A DNA stretch of 34,977 nt, from contig VGDA01000002.1 in NCBI GenBank assembly GCA_016869915.1, positions 1-34,977 on the forward strand. The letters run 5' to 3'. Source of the DNA: Alphaproteobacteria bacterium (GTDB lineage Bacteria; Pseudomonadota; Alphaproteobacteria; CACIAM-22H2). How positions within the stretch are numbered: the stretch's first letter is position 1; each line of letters begins with the position of its first letter. Below are positions 1 through 8,148 of the stretch, one piece after another. The notes beneath the pieces are model-generated. The model did no database searches. It had not been told where the DNA came from and saw only the letters and a program-made list of their open reading frames with translations. The translations under genes and the position numbers were made by a program.

Positions 1-156
1 TGAGGAGCGGACGGCGCGGCTCCGGCCCGGGCGCGCGCGGCGGCCCCGCGGGCGGGTGCGATTCCGCCCTTGAAAAACATCCCCGGTTAAATAGATGCTT
101 CGCGCCCCGCCGCCCCGAGGCGTCGGGAAAGCATTTGCGTATCAGGGAGTTGGCGC

Positions 157-1122
157 ATGGATCCGATGGTGGCCGTTCGCGGCCTGTGCAAGGCCTTCGG
201 CGCGATCCGCGCGGTCGACGACATCACCTTCGAGGTGCGGCGCGGCGAGGTCCTCGGTTTCCTCGGCCCGAACGGCGCCGGGAAGTCGACGACGATGAAG
301 ATGATCACCGGCTTCCTCACGCCGAGCGCCGGCAGCGCGACCATCTGCGGCCACGACGTCGCCGCGGAGCCGGTCAAGGCCAAGGCGCGGATCGGCTACC
401 TGCCCGAGGGCGCGCCGGCCTATCCGGACATGACGCCAGCGGGCTTCCTGCGCTTCATTGCAGACATTCGCGGCGTCCCGGCCGCCGACCGCGCCAGGCG
501 GATCGACTTCGCGGTCGGCCGCACGCAGCTCGGCGGCGTCCTGCACCAGCCGATCGAGACCCTCTCCAAGGGCTTCAAGCGCCGCGTCGGCCTCGCCCAG
601 GCGATCCTTCACGATCCCGAGGTGCTCATCCTCGACGAGCCGACCGACGGCCTCGACCCGAACCAGAAGCACGAGGTGCGCGGGCTGATCGCCGAGCTGG
701 CGCGCGAGAAGGCGACGATCATCTCCACCCACATCCTCGAGGAGGTCGACGCGGTCTGCTCGCGCGCCCTCATCATCGCGCAGGGCCGGGTCGTCGCCGA
801 CGGCACGCCGCGCGAGCTCGAGGCCCGCTCGCGCTGGCACAACGCGGTGTCGATGGTCCTGCCCCGCGCCAACGCGGCGGCGCTGCGCGAGGCGCTCGGC
901 CGCGCCGCCGGCGTGGCCGCCATCGAGGAGGACGCGGTCGACGCGCGCCTCGCCCGCGTCACCGCCTTCCCGCAGGGCGGTGCCAGCCTCGTCGCCGAGC
1001 TCGGCGCGATCGGCCGCGACCCCGCCTTCGCCGTCGCCGAGATCCGCGTCGAGCGCGGCCGCCTCGACGAGATCTTCCGTTCCGTCACCGCGCGCAGCAA
1101 CGCCCCGAGGGCCGCAGCATGA
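157..1122 (+). CDS. ABC transporter ATP-binding protein (ABC-2 / GldA-like)
   Basis: 321-aa ORF with Walker A GPNGAGKST, signature LSKGFKRR, Walker B LILDEPTDGLD and H-loop ISTHILEE. Its stop overlaps the next start (ATGA at 1119-1122). Confidence 0.9.
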   Translation: MDPMVAVRGLCKAFGAIRAVDDITFEVRRGEVLGFLGPNGAGKSTTMKMITGFLTPSAGSATICGHDVAAEPVKAKARIGYLPEGAPAYPDMTPAGFLRFIADIRGVPAADRARRIDFAVGRTQLGGVLHQPIETLSKGFKRRVGLAQAILHDPEVLILDEPTDGLDPNQKHEVRGLIAELAREKATIISTHILEEVDAVCSRALIIAQGRVVADGTPRELEARSRWHNAVSMVLPRANAAALREALGRAAGVAAIEEDAVDARLARVTAFPQGGASLVAELGAIGRDPAFAVAEIRVERGRLDEIFRSVTARSNAPRAAA

Positions 1123-1925
1123 GCCAGACCTTCACCATCTTCCGGCGCGAGTTCGCGGGCTATTTCGCGACCCCCGTCGCCTATGTCTTCCTCGTGATGA
1201 CCTTCACCATCTTCCGGCGCGAGTTCGCGGGCTATTTCGCGACCCCCGTCGCCTATGTCTTCCTCGTGATCTTCCTGGTCTTCGCGGCGACGCTGACCTT
1301 CCAGCTCGGCAACTTCTTCGAGCGCGGCCAGGCCGACCTCGCCTCGTTCTTCATGTGGCATCCCTGGCTCTACCTGTTCCTCATCCCCGCGATCTCGATG
1401 CGGCTCTGGTCGGAGGAGCGCAAGCAGGGGACGATCGAGCTCTTCCTCACCCTGCCGATCGGCCTCGGCCAGGCGGTCCTCGGCAAGTTCCTCGCCGCCT
1501 GGGCCTTCACCGGCGTCGCGCTGGCCCTGACGTTCCCGATCTGGCTCACGGTCAACTGGCTGGGCACGCCCGACAACGGCGTGATCCTCTCGGGCTACGC
1601 CGGAAGCCTGCTGATGGCCGGCGGGATCCTCGCGATCGGCGCCTGCATCTCCGCGACCACCAAGAACCAGGTCATCGCCTTCGTCGTGACGGCGGCGGTC
1701 GCGTTCCTGTTCACGGTCAGCGGCACCGCCGTGGTGCTCAACTTCTTCTCGGGATGGGCGCCGGAGTGGTTCACCGAGGCGATCAGGTCGTTCAGCTTCC
1801 TGACGCATTTCAACGCGATGAACCGCGGCGTCATCGACATCAAGGACGTGTTCTTCTTCTCCAGCCTGATCGCGCTCTTCCTGTTCGCGAACGCGATCGT
1901 CGTCGACATCAAGAAGGCGGGTTGA
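1119..1925 (+). CDS. ABC-2 type permease (GldF-like); carries an in-frame 72-bp tandem duplication near the N-terminus
   Basis: ATG at 1119 inside the 135-1925 ORF frame. Multi-pass hydrophobic protein starting MSQTFTIFRREFAGYFATPVAYVFLV. The 24-aa segment TFTIFRREFAGYFATPVAYVFLV(M/I) occurs twice in tandem. Translationally coupled to the ATPase. Confidence 0.8.
   Translation: MSQTFTIFRREFAGYFATPVAYVFLVMTFTIFRREFAGYFATPVAYVFLVIFLVFAATLTFQLGNFFERGQADLASFFMWHPWLYLFLIPAISMRLWSEERKQGTIELFLTLPIGLGQAVLGKFLAAWAFTGVALALTFPIWLTVNWLGTPDNGVILSGYAGSLLMAGGILAIGACISATTKNQVIAFVVTAAVAFLFTVSGTAVVLNFFSGWAPEWFTEAIRSFSFLTHFNAMNRGVIDIKDVFFFSSLIALFLFANAIVVDIKKAG
1127..1270. repeat. Tandem duplication, 72 bp x2, identical (in-frame, ABC-2 permease)
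   Basis: 1127-1198 equals 1199-1270 base for base. No spacer and no flanking microhomology. Confidence 0.97.
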
Positions 1926-1929
1926 CCCA

Positions 1930-3876
1930 ATGAGCATGCCCGGTTCCTCCCTCCAGCGCGGCGGCTTCGCCGCCCTCGCCCTCGCCCTGGCTGTCGCGGC
2001 GTTCTTCGGCTCGAACATCGCGGTCGACCGCGCGGCCAACGGAATGCGCGCCGACCTCACGCAGGAGAAGCTCTTTACCCTCTCGCCCGGCACGCGCAGC
2101 CTGCTGTCGAAGATCGAGGAGCCGGTGACGCTGCGGCTCTACGTGTCGGAGCGGCTGACGCGCGAGATCCCCTCCTACGGTACCTACGCGACGCGGGTGC
2201 GCGAGCTGCTGGAGGAATACAAGGCAGCCTCCGCCGGCAAGGTCCGCCTGATGTTCGTCGACCCGCAGCCCTTCTCGGACGAGGAGGAGCGCGCCGTCGC
2301 CACGGGAATCCAGGGCGTGCCGGTCAACCAGTCCGGCGAGCAGGTCTATTTCGGCATTGCCGGCTCGAGCAGCGGCGACAAGGAGGCGGTGATCCCGTTC
2401 CTGCAGCCCGAGCGCGAGAGCTTCCTCGAGCACGACCTCACCAAGCTCGTCTTCGAGCTGACCGTCACGAAGAAGCGCGCGGTCGGCCTGCTGACCACCC
2501 TGCCGCTGCAGGGCCAGTTCATGGGCCCGCGCAACCCGCCGCAGCCCTGGGCGATCCACGACCAGCTGTCGCAGCAATTCGACCTCCAGCGCATCGACCG
2601 CGACGCCGCCGTCATCCCCGAGACGATCGACGTGCTGATGGTCGTGCATCCGCGCGAGCTGCCCCCCAGGACGCTCTACGCGATCGACCAGTTCGTGCTG
2701 CGCGGCGGCCGCGCGCTCGTCTTCGTCGACCCGCATGCCGAGGGGGAGATGGGTCGCCCGGGCCCCGCGGCGCAGAGCGGGCAGACCGGCTCCGACATGC
2801 CCGAGTTGCTCAAGGCCTGGGGCGTCGAGCTCGTCCAGGGCAGGATCGCCGGCGACCGCCAGGCCGCGCGTCGCGTCAGCGCCGGGGCCGGCCAGCGCGT
2901 CCAGGCCGTCGACTACCTCGCCTGGCTGTCGCTGCGCGACGCGGCGCTGTCCAAGGGCGACGTGCTGCTCGCTGACGTTCAGTCCATCAACATGGCGAGC
3001 GCGGGCATCCTGCGCCCCGTCGCCGGCTCGGGCGTCGCCATGACGCCGCTCATCAGCACCTCGGAGCAGGCGCAGGAGATCGACGTCGAGAAGGTCAAGT
3101 TCGCGCCCGATCCCGTGGCCCTGCTCTCGGGCTTCAAGTCCGGCGGCGAGCGCCTGGTCCTCGCGGCACGCCTGCGCGGCCCCGCGAAGACTGCCTTCCC
3201 CGACGGCGCGCCGAAGGAGGAGAAGAAGGAAGGCGAGGCGGAGGCCGCCAAGCCAGACGCCCCCGCCCTGCCCGCGCATCTCGCGGCCTCGCGCGACCCG
3301 ATCAACGTCATCGTGGTCGCCGACACCGACATGCTCGAGGACAGGTCCTGGGCCCAGGTGCAGGAGTTCTTCGGCCAGCGCCTCGTGCGGCCGGTCGCGA
3401 ACAACGGCGACTTCGTCGTCAACGCGGTCGACCACCTCGGCGGCAGCGACGACCTGATCTCGCTGCGCTCGCGCGGCCAGTCGACACGGCCCTTCACGGT
3501 CGTGCAGGAGATCCAGCGCCAGGCCGAGCTCTCCTTCCGCTCAAAGGAGCGCGAGCTGACCGAGAAGCTGAAGGCAACCGAGGCGAAGCTCAAGGAACTG
3601 CAGACCAAGGAGCAGGGCGAGGGCGCGGCGCGCTCGATCGTCACCGCGGGCCAGCAGCAGGCGATCGACCAGTTCCGCGCCGAGATGCTGGAGACGCGCC
3701 GCGAGCTGCGCGAGGTCCAGTACAACCTCAACCGCGACATCGACCTGCTGCAGGCCTGGGTGCGCGCGGTCAACATCGCCCTCATCCCCGCCCTGATCGG
3801 CCTGTTCGCCGTGGCGCTCGGGCTGGCGCGCGTCGCGCGCCGGCGCCGGGCAGCCGCCGCGCGCGCGACCGCCTGA
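1930..3876 (+). CDS. GldG-family ABC-transporter auxiliary component
   Basis: 648-aa ORF starting 4 nt after the permease stop. Has an N-terminal TM (FAALALALAVAAFFG), a large soluble region, a coiled-coil-like KERELTEKLKATEAKLKELQ segment and a C-terminal TM (ALIPALIGLFAVALGLA). This architecture and its position after the ATPase and ABC-2 permease are as recalled for GldG homologues. Confidence 0.7.
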   Translation: MSMPGSSLQRGGFAALALALAVAAFFGSNIAVDRAANGMRADLTQEKLFTLSPGTRSLLSKIEEPVTLRLYVSERLTREIPSYGTYATRVRELLEEYKAASAGKVRLMFVDPQPFSDEEERAVATGIQGVPVNQSGEQVYFGIAGSSSGDKEAVIPFLQPERESFLEHDLTKLVFELTVTKKRAVGLLTTLPLQGQFMGPRNPPQPWAIHDQLSQQFDLQRIDRDAAVIPETIDVLMVVHPRELPPRTLYAIDQFVLRGGRALVFVDPHAEGEMGRPGPAAQSGQTGSDMPELLKAWGVELVQGRIAGDRQAARRVSAGAGQRVQAVDYLAWLSLRDAALSKGDVLLADVQSINMASAGILRPVAGSGVAMTPLISTSEQAQEIDVEKVKFAPDPVALLSGFKSGGERLVLAARLRGPAKTAFPDGAPKEEKKEGEAEAAKPDAPALPAHLAASRDPINVIVVADTDMLEDRSWAQVQEFFGQRLVRPVANNGDFVVNAVDHLGGSDDLISLRSRGQSTRPFTVVQEIQRQAELSFRSKERELTEKLKATEAKLKELQTKEQGEGAARSIVTAGQQQAIDQFRAEMLETRRELREVQYNLNRDIDLLQAWVRAVNIALIPALIGLFAVALGLARVARRRRAAAARATA

Positions 3877-3898
3877 CGCCGCACCGGAGCAGAGCGAC

Positions 3899-4960
3899 AT
3901 GCGCAACGCCACCACCCTCACCCTGCTCGCCGGCGCCGCCATGGCGAGCGCCGTCGTCGCGTACCTGCTCGCGCCGGCGGGAGACCCGGCGGAGATACGG
4001 CTCGGCGAGCGCATCTTCCCCGAGCTCGCCGGCCGTGCCGCGGAGGTCGCGACCATCGAGATGCAGCGCCCCGACGGGCCGGTGGTGATCCGGCGCGAGG
4101 GCGAGCGCTGGATCCTGCCGGAGTCCGCCGGCTACCAGGCGGACGGCGCGCGGATCCGCCAGCTCTTCTTCGAGGTGTCCGAGCTGCGCACGCTCGAGGC
4201 CAAGACCCGCAGCAAGGATGTCTATCCGTCCCTCGAGCTGGAGGACCGCGACGCGCCGGGCGCGAAGTCGACGCGCGTCGCCTTCCGCGACGCGCAGGGC
4301 AAGGAGGTCGTCGCGCTGCTCGCCGGCAAGAACCGCTTCGGGCGCGGCGGCGGCGGCGAGGACGCGGTCTACGTGCGTCGCGCGGGCGACGCGCAGGCCT
4401 GGCTCGCGCGCGGCCGCCTCACGGTCGGCCGCGACGCGCTGCAATGGATGGAGCGCGAGGTGGCGAATGTCGCGCGCGAACGCGTGCGCGTCGCCACGAT
4501 CCGCCACGCCGACGGCGCGACCACCGAGGTCTCGAAGCCGTCGCCCGCCGAGCGCGACTTCGTGCTCGCCGGCGTCCCGGAGGACCGCAAGCCGAAGTCG
4601 AACTGGGAGATCGGGAGCGTCGCAGCGGTGTTCGAACGCCTCGACCTCGAGGACGTGCGCAAGGCCGAGGGCTTCCCGGCAGGCGGCACCGTGGCTACGG
4701 TCTCCACCTTCGACGGGCTCGAGGTGTCGGCCCGGCTGGTGGAGATCGAAGGTGTGTTCTGGGCCGCGATCTCGGCCCGCGCGGAGCCCCCGGCGCAACT
4801 GCCGGAAGGCGGCACGGGCCTCAAGGCGGCGGACGAGGTGAAGGCCGAGGCGGACGCGATCTCCCGCCGCGCCGCGCCCTGGATCTACCGGCTGCCGATC
4901 TTCAACCTCGAGAACATGCGACGCAAGGTCGATGACCTGCTGGAGGCGAAGGAGGGCTGA
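3899..4960 (+). CDS. DUF4340-like membrane-anchored protein
   Basis: 353-aa ORF with a single N-terminal TM (TLTLLAGAAMASAVVAYLLA). Lies directly downstream of the GldG-like gene, where I recall DUF4340 proteins commonly sitting. No catalytic motif recognised. Confidence 0.5.
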   Translation: MRNATTLTLLAGAAMASAVVAYLLAPAGDPAEIRLGERIFPELAGRAAEVATIEMQRPDGPVVIRREGERWILPESAGYQADGARIRQLFFEVSELRTLEAKTRSKDVYPSLELEDRDAPGAKSTRVAFRDAQGKEVVALLAGKNRFGRGGGGEDAVYVRRAGDAQAWLARGRLTVGRDALQWMEREVANVARERVRVATIRHADGATTEVSKPSPAERDFVLAGVPEDRKPKSNWEIGSVAAVFERLDLEDVRKAEGFPAGGTVATVSTFDGLEVSARLVEIEGVFWAAISARAEPPAQLPEGGTGLKAADEVKAEADAISRRAAPWIYRLPIFNLENMRRKVDDLLEAKEG

Positions 4961-4970
4961 GCCCTCCTTC
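4948..4970. terminator. GC-rich hairpin between convergent genes (10-bp stem, 3-nt loop)
   Basis: gaaggagggc (4948-4957) pairs perfectly with gccctccttc (4961-4970). The loop tga is the stop codon of the upstream gene. No clear U-tract on either side. Confidence 0.4.
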
Positions 4971-4987
4971 CGCCCGGCGGTGGCTCC

Positions 4988-5452
4988 TCAGGCGGCGCCC
5001 GCCACGCGCATGGTCACGATCTTGTCGGGGACGCGCGGCGGCTCTCCGCGCTTGATCGCGTCGACATGCTCCATGCCCTCCACGACCTCGCCCCAGACCG
5101 TGTACTGGCCGTTCAGGAACGAGCCCTCGTCGAACATGATGAAGAACTGGCTGTCAGCGCTGTCGGGGTTCTGGCTGCGGGCCATGCCGCAGGTGCCGCG
5201 CACGAAGGGCTCCCGGCTGAACTCGGCGCGCAGGCGCTTGCCCGAGCCCCCCATCCCGCTGCCGGTCGGGTCGCCGCCCTGGGCCATGAAGCCCTCGATG
5301 ACGCGGTGGAACACGATGCCGTCGTAGAAGCCCTCGGTGGCGAGTTCCTTGATGCGGGCGACATGGTTCGGCGCGAGGTCGGGCCGCAGGCGGATGACCA
5401 CGCGGCCGCTCGCGAGGTCCATCCACAGCGTGTTGGCGGGATCCAGGGCCAT
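4988..5452 (-). CDS. ppiB: Peptidyl-prolyl cis-trans isomerase, cyclophilin type (cytoplasmic)
   Basis: Cyclophilin motifs FHRVIEGFMAQGGDP and ...GQYTVWGEVVEGM. I prefer the ATG at 5450-5452 because AAGGAG lies 8 nt upstream; the ORF track's GTG at 5461 is the alternative. Confidence 0.9.
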   Translation of the reverse strand: MALDPANTLWMDLASGRVVIRLRPDLAPNHVARIKELATEGFYDGIVFHRVIEGFMAQGGDPTGSGMGGSGKRLRAEFSREPFVRGTCGMARSQNPDSADSQFFIMFDEGSFLNGQYTVWGEVVEGMEHVDAIKRGEPPRVPDKIVTMRVAGAA

Positions 5453-5457
5453 TGCGC

Positions 5458-6003
5458 TCACTCCTTGACGTCGGCCGCGACGCGCAGCCGGATGATGCGA
5501 TCGGGTTCGCGCGGCGGCTCGCCGCGCACGATCCGGTCGACGAAGGCCATCCCCGAGGCCACGCGGCCCCAGACCGTGTACTGGCCGTTCAGCCCCGGGT
5601 TGGGCTGGAACATGATGAAGAACTGGCTGTCGCCGGAATGCGGGTTCGAGGAGCGCGCCATGCCGACCGTGCCGCGCACGAAGGGCTCGCGGCTGAACTC
5701 GGCGACCAGCGTCTTCCCGGAGCCGCCGCGGCCGGTGCCGGTCGGGTCGCCGGTCTGGGCCATGAACCCGTCGATGACGCGGTGGAAGACGATGCCGTCG
5801 TAGAAGCGCTGGCGCGCGAGTTCCTTGATCCGCTCGACATGGCGCGGCGCGAGGTCCGGGCGCAGCTCGATCACCACGCGGCCATCCTTCAGGTCGAGGA
5901 AGAGCGTGTTCTCGGGATCACGCGGCGCCTGCGCGCTCGCGATCGCCATGAAGGCGAGCATCGCCGCGGCGACGCGGCCCATCGAAAGAAGCGCCTTCAG
6001 CAC
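5458..6003 (-). CDS. ppiA: Peptidyl-prolyl cis-trans isomerase, cyclophilin type, with signal peptide (periplasmic)
   Basis: 181-aa ORF. N-terminal signal-like MLKALLSMGRVAAAMLAFMAIASAQA followed by cyclophilin motifs FHRVIDGFMAQTGDP and GQYTVWGRV. GGAGG lies upstream of a GTG start. Paralogue of the adjacent gene. Confidence 0.9.
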   Translation of the reverse strand: MLKALLSMGRVAAAMLAFMAIASAQAPRDPENTLFLDLKDGRVVIELRPDLAPRHVERIKELARQRFYDGIVFHRVIDGFMAQTGDPTGTGRGGSGKTLVAEFSREPFVRGTVGMARSSNPHSGDSQFFIMFQPNPGLNGQYTVWGRVASGMAFVDRIVRGEPPREPDRIIRLRVAADVKE

Positions 6004-6074
6004 GACAACCCTCCTCCTCCTTGACGCAGGCGGCGGAGAATAGGAACGCGTCCCGCGAAAGGCAAACGAAGGCT

Positions 6075-6116
6075 GGCGTCCCGGCGTGCGGCACGCCCGC
6101 CGCGCGCCGGGACGCC
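6075..6116 (-). terminator. Hairpin downstream of the response-regulator gene (12-bp stem, 18-nt loop)
   Basis: ggcgtcccggcg (6075-6086) is the exact reverse complement of cgccgggacgcc (6105-6116). It lies 5 nt past the stop at 6122. There is no good U-tract. Confidence 0.35.
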
Positions 6117-6121
6117 GGGCG

Positions 6122-6817
6122 TCAGGCGACGGCCGGCAGGCGCTCGCGCGCGAAGAACGCAGCCTGAGTTCGGTTGGACACGCCCAGCTTCTTGAAGATC
6201 ATCCGCAGGTGGACCTTCACCGTCGTGTCGGTGATGCCGAGGTCGCGCGCGATCTGCTTGTTCGACGCCCCGCGCGCGAGGCAGGCGAGGATCTGCTGCT
6301 CGCGCTCGGTCAGGCGCGCCGAGCGCAGCGGGCTCTCCGCGGCCTCGGCCTGCGGCTCGCCGCCGGGCTGGAGCGCGATGGGTCGCGGGCTCCCCGCGTC
6401 CGCGGACGGCGCGAGGCTCGGGTCGAGCGCGCTGGCGGAGACGTAGGTGCCGCCGTCGCGCACGATGCGGACGATCTGCGCCAGGACCGAGAGTGGCTGG
6501 CACTTGACGATGTAGCCTCGCGCGCCGCGCCTCACGGCCTCGACCTGGTAGCGCGACTGCGACGAGCCGGAGACGACCAGGAACGGGATCGCCGGGAAGT
6601 CGCGGACCAGCGCCGCCAGCCCATCGAAGTTGGCGAAGCCCGGCATGATGAGGTCGAGCAGCACGACCTCGGTGTCCGGGTTGGCCCGGAGCTGGGCGTC
6701 GACCCCGTCATAGTCCTCGGCCTCCAGCACCTGCGTGCCGGCCCCGAGCAGGACCCCGAGCCCGTCGGAGACCGCCGTGCGGAACATCGCGTGGTCGTCG
6801 GCAATGAGCAGTTTCAT
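6122..6817 (-). CDS. Two-component response regulator, LuxR/NarL/FixJ family
   Basis: N-terminal receiver domain (MKLLIADDH..., VVLLDLIMPG) and C-terminal LuxR HTH (LTEREQQILACLARGASNKQIARDLGITDTTVKVHLRMIFKKLGV). GGAGG precedes the ATG. No sensor kinase gene is adjacent. Confidence 0.9.
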   Translation of the reverse strand: MKLLIADDHAMFRTAVSDGLGVLLGAGTQVLEAEDYDGVDAQLRANPDTEVVLLDLIMPGFANFDGLAALVRDFPAIPFLVVSGSSQSRYQVEAVRRGARGYIVKCQPLSVLAQIVRIVRDGGTYVSASALDPSLAPSADAGSPRPIALQPGGEPQAEAAESPLRSARLTEREQQILACLARGASNKQIARDLGITDTTVKVHLRMIFKKLGVSNRTQAAFFARERLPAVA

Positions 6818-7109
6818 GCGTGTGTCCTCCCCGAAGCAATTCTCTACTCTTGCGGGAGAAAGTCAGCCCGCGCGGCGGAGTAGCCTGCCTGGCGGATGTG
6901 CGTAACCGCGCCTTGGCGAAGAACCGGCCCCGGCCTGGAAATTATCAAGCGACCGCAATGGCCTGGACGGACAAAGTGCCGCGCGACAGGAACTGCGGCA
7001 TCGTCCAGCGCCTGGCGCCGGAAGGGACAAGTTGCGCATCACCCGCCGGAACCTGTATCGGGAAGCGCGTTCCGGCCGGGATGCCGAGGCGCGCGATGGG
7101 CAGGCAAGG

Positions 7110-8138
7110 ATGGGCAGGACGATCCTGGTGACCGGCGGTGCCGGCTATGTCGGCAGCCACTGCGTGGCCGCGCTGCTCGAGGCCGGCCACCGCGTGGTCG
7201 TCTTCGACAACCTGCACCAGGGCCATCGCGAGGCCGTGCTCCCGCAGGCGGAACTCGTGGTCGGCGACCTCGCCGACCGCGACGCGATCGCCGCCGCCTT
7301 CGCCGGCCGACGCTACGATGCGATCATGCATTTCGCCGGCAACATCCAGGTCGGCGAGTCGATGCGCCGCCCCTTCCTCTATCTCGGCGACAACGTGCAG
7401 TGCGCGGTCAACCTGCTCGAGGCAGCCGCCGCCCATGGCGTCTCGCGCTTCGTCTTCTCCTCGACCTGCGCGATCTTCGGCGCCACGGGACGCGCCTCGA
7501 TCGATGAGGACGCGCCGGTCGCGCCGGAGGACGCGCCGGTCGCGCCGGGCAGCCCCTATGGCGAGTCGAAATACCTCGTCGAGCGCATCCTCGCCTGGGC
7601 CGAGCGCGTCCACGGCATCCGCTATGCGATCCTGCGCTACTTCAACGCCTGCGGCGCGCATCCCCACCTGCCGCTCTTCGAGGACCACGACCCGGAGACG
7701 CATCTCATCCCGATCGCGCTCGACTGCGCGCTGGGACGCCGCGAGGAGATGCAGGTCTTCGGTAACGACTACGACACGCCCGACGGCACCTGCCTGCGCG
7801 ACTACGTCCATGTCTGCGACCTCGCGGCGGCGCATCTGCGCGTCCTGGACCGGCTGGACGCGGGCAGCCGCGCCTACAATGTCGGCAGCGGCAACGGGCA
7901 CTCGGTGCGCGAGGTCCTCGACGCCGTGCGCCGCGTGACCGGGGTCGACTTCCCCGTGCGCATGCTGCCGCGACGGCCGGGGGACCTGCCGCGGCTCGTG
8001 GCCGACCCGTCGCGCATCCGCGCCGAGCTCGGCTGGACGCCCCGCTACGCATCGATCGACGAGATCGTCTCCACGGCCTGGCGCTGGCGCCGCGCCCATC
8101 CCGGCGGCTACGCCGAGCTGGCGCGCGCGCGAGGCTGA
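7110..8138 (+). CDS. galE: UDP-glucose 4-epimerase; carries an in-frame 21-bp tandem duplication
   Basis: ILVTGGAGYVGSH Rossmann motif and catalytic SPYGESKY (YxxxK). ATG at 7110 is preceded by aagga. EDAPVAP is repeated twice immediately before GSPYGESK. Confidence 0.9.
   Translation: MGRTILVTGGAGYVGSHCVAALLEAGHRVVVFDNLHQGHREAVLPQAELVVGDLADRDAIAAAFAGRRYDAIMHFAGNIQVGESMRRPFLYLGDNVQCAVNLLEAAAAHGVSRFVFSSTCAIFGATGRASIDEDAPVAPEDAPVAPGSPYGESKYLVERILAWAERVHGIRYAILRYFNACGAHPHLPLFEDHDPETHLIPIALDCALGRREEMQVFGNDYDTPDGTCLRDYVHVCDLAAAHLRVLDRLDAGSRAYNVGSGNGHSVREVLDAVRRVTGVDFPVRMLPRRPGDLPRLVADPSRIRAELGWTPRYASIDEIVSTAWRWRRAHPGGYAELARARG
7506..7547. repeat. Tandem duplication, 21 bp x2, identical (in-frame, galE)
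   Basis: gaggacgcgccggtcgcgccg occurs at 7506-7526 and 7527-7547. Confidence 0.95.
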
Positions 8139-8148
8139 TCCGCGCGCG

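Noticed and set aside
70-98. TTGAAA ... ATAGAT promoter-like pair upstream of the first ABC gene
   Set aside because: The spacing is about 15 nt and the -10 match is poor. It is the only AT-rich patch there, but that is not enough to call a promoter.
1-156. Possible end of an upstream gene (the window starts with tga), or an RNA element in the GC-rich leader
   Set aside because: There is no readable ORF context within the window and no convincing hairpin or conserved motif.
4988-6003. Strong DNA similarity between the two PPIase genes (for example the shared ccagaccgtgtactggccgttcag and catgatgaagaactggctgtc)
   Set aside because: This is an ordinary old tandem paralogue pair: one has a signal peptide, one does not, and there are many differences. 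It is not part of the recent spacer-less duplication phenomenon.
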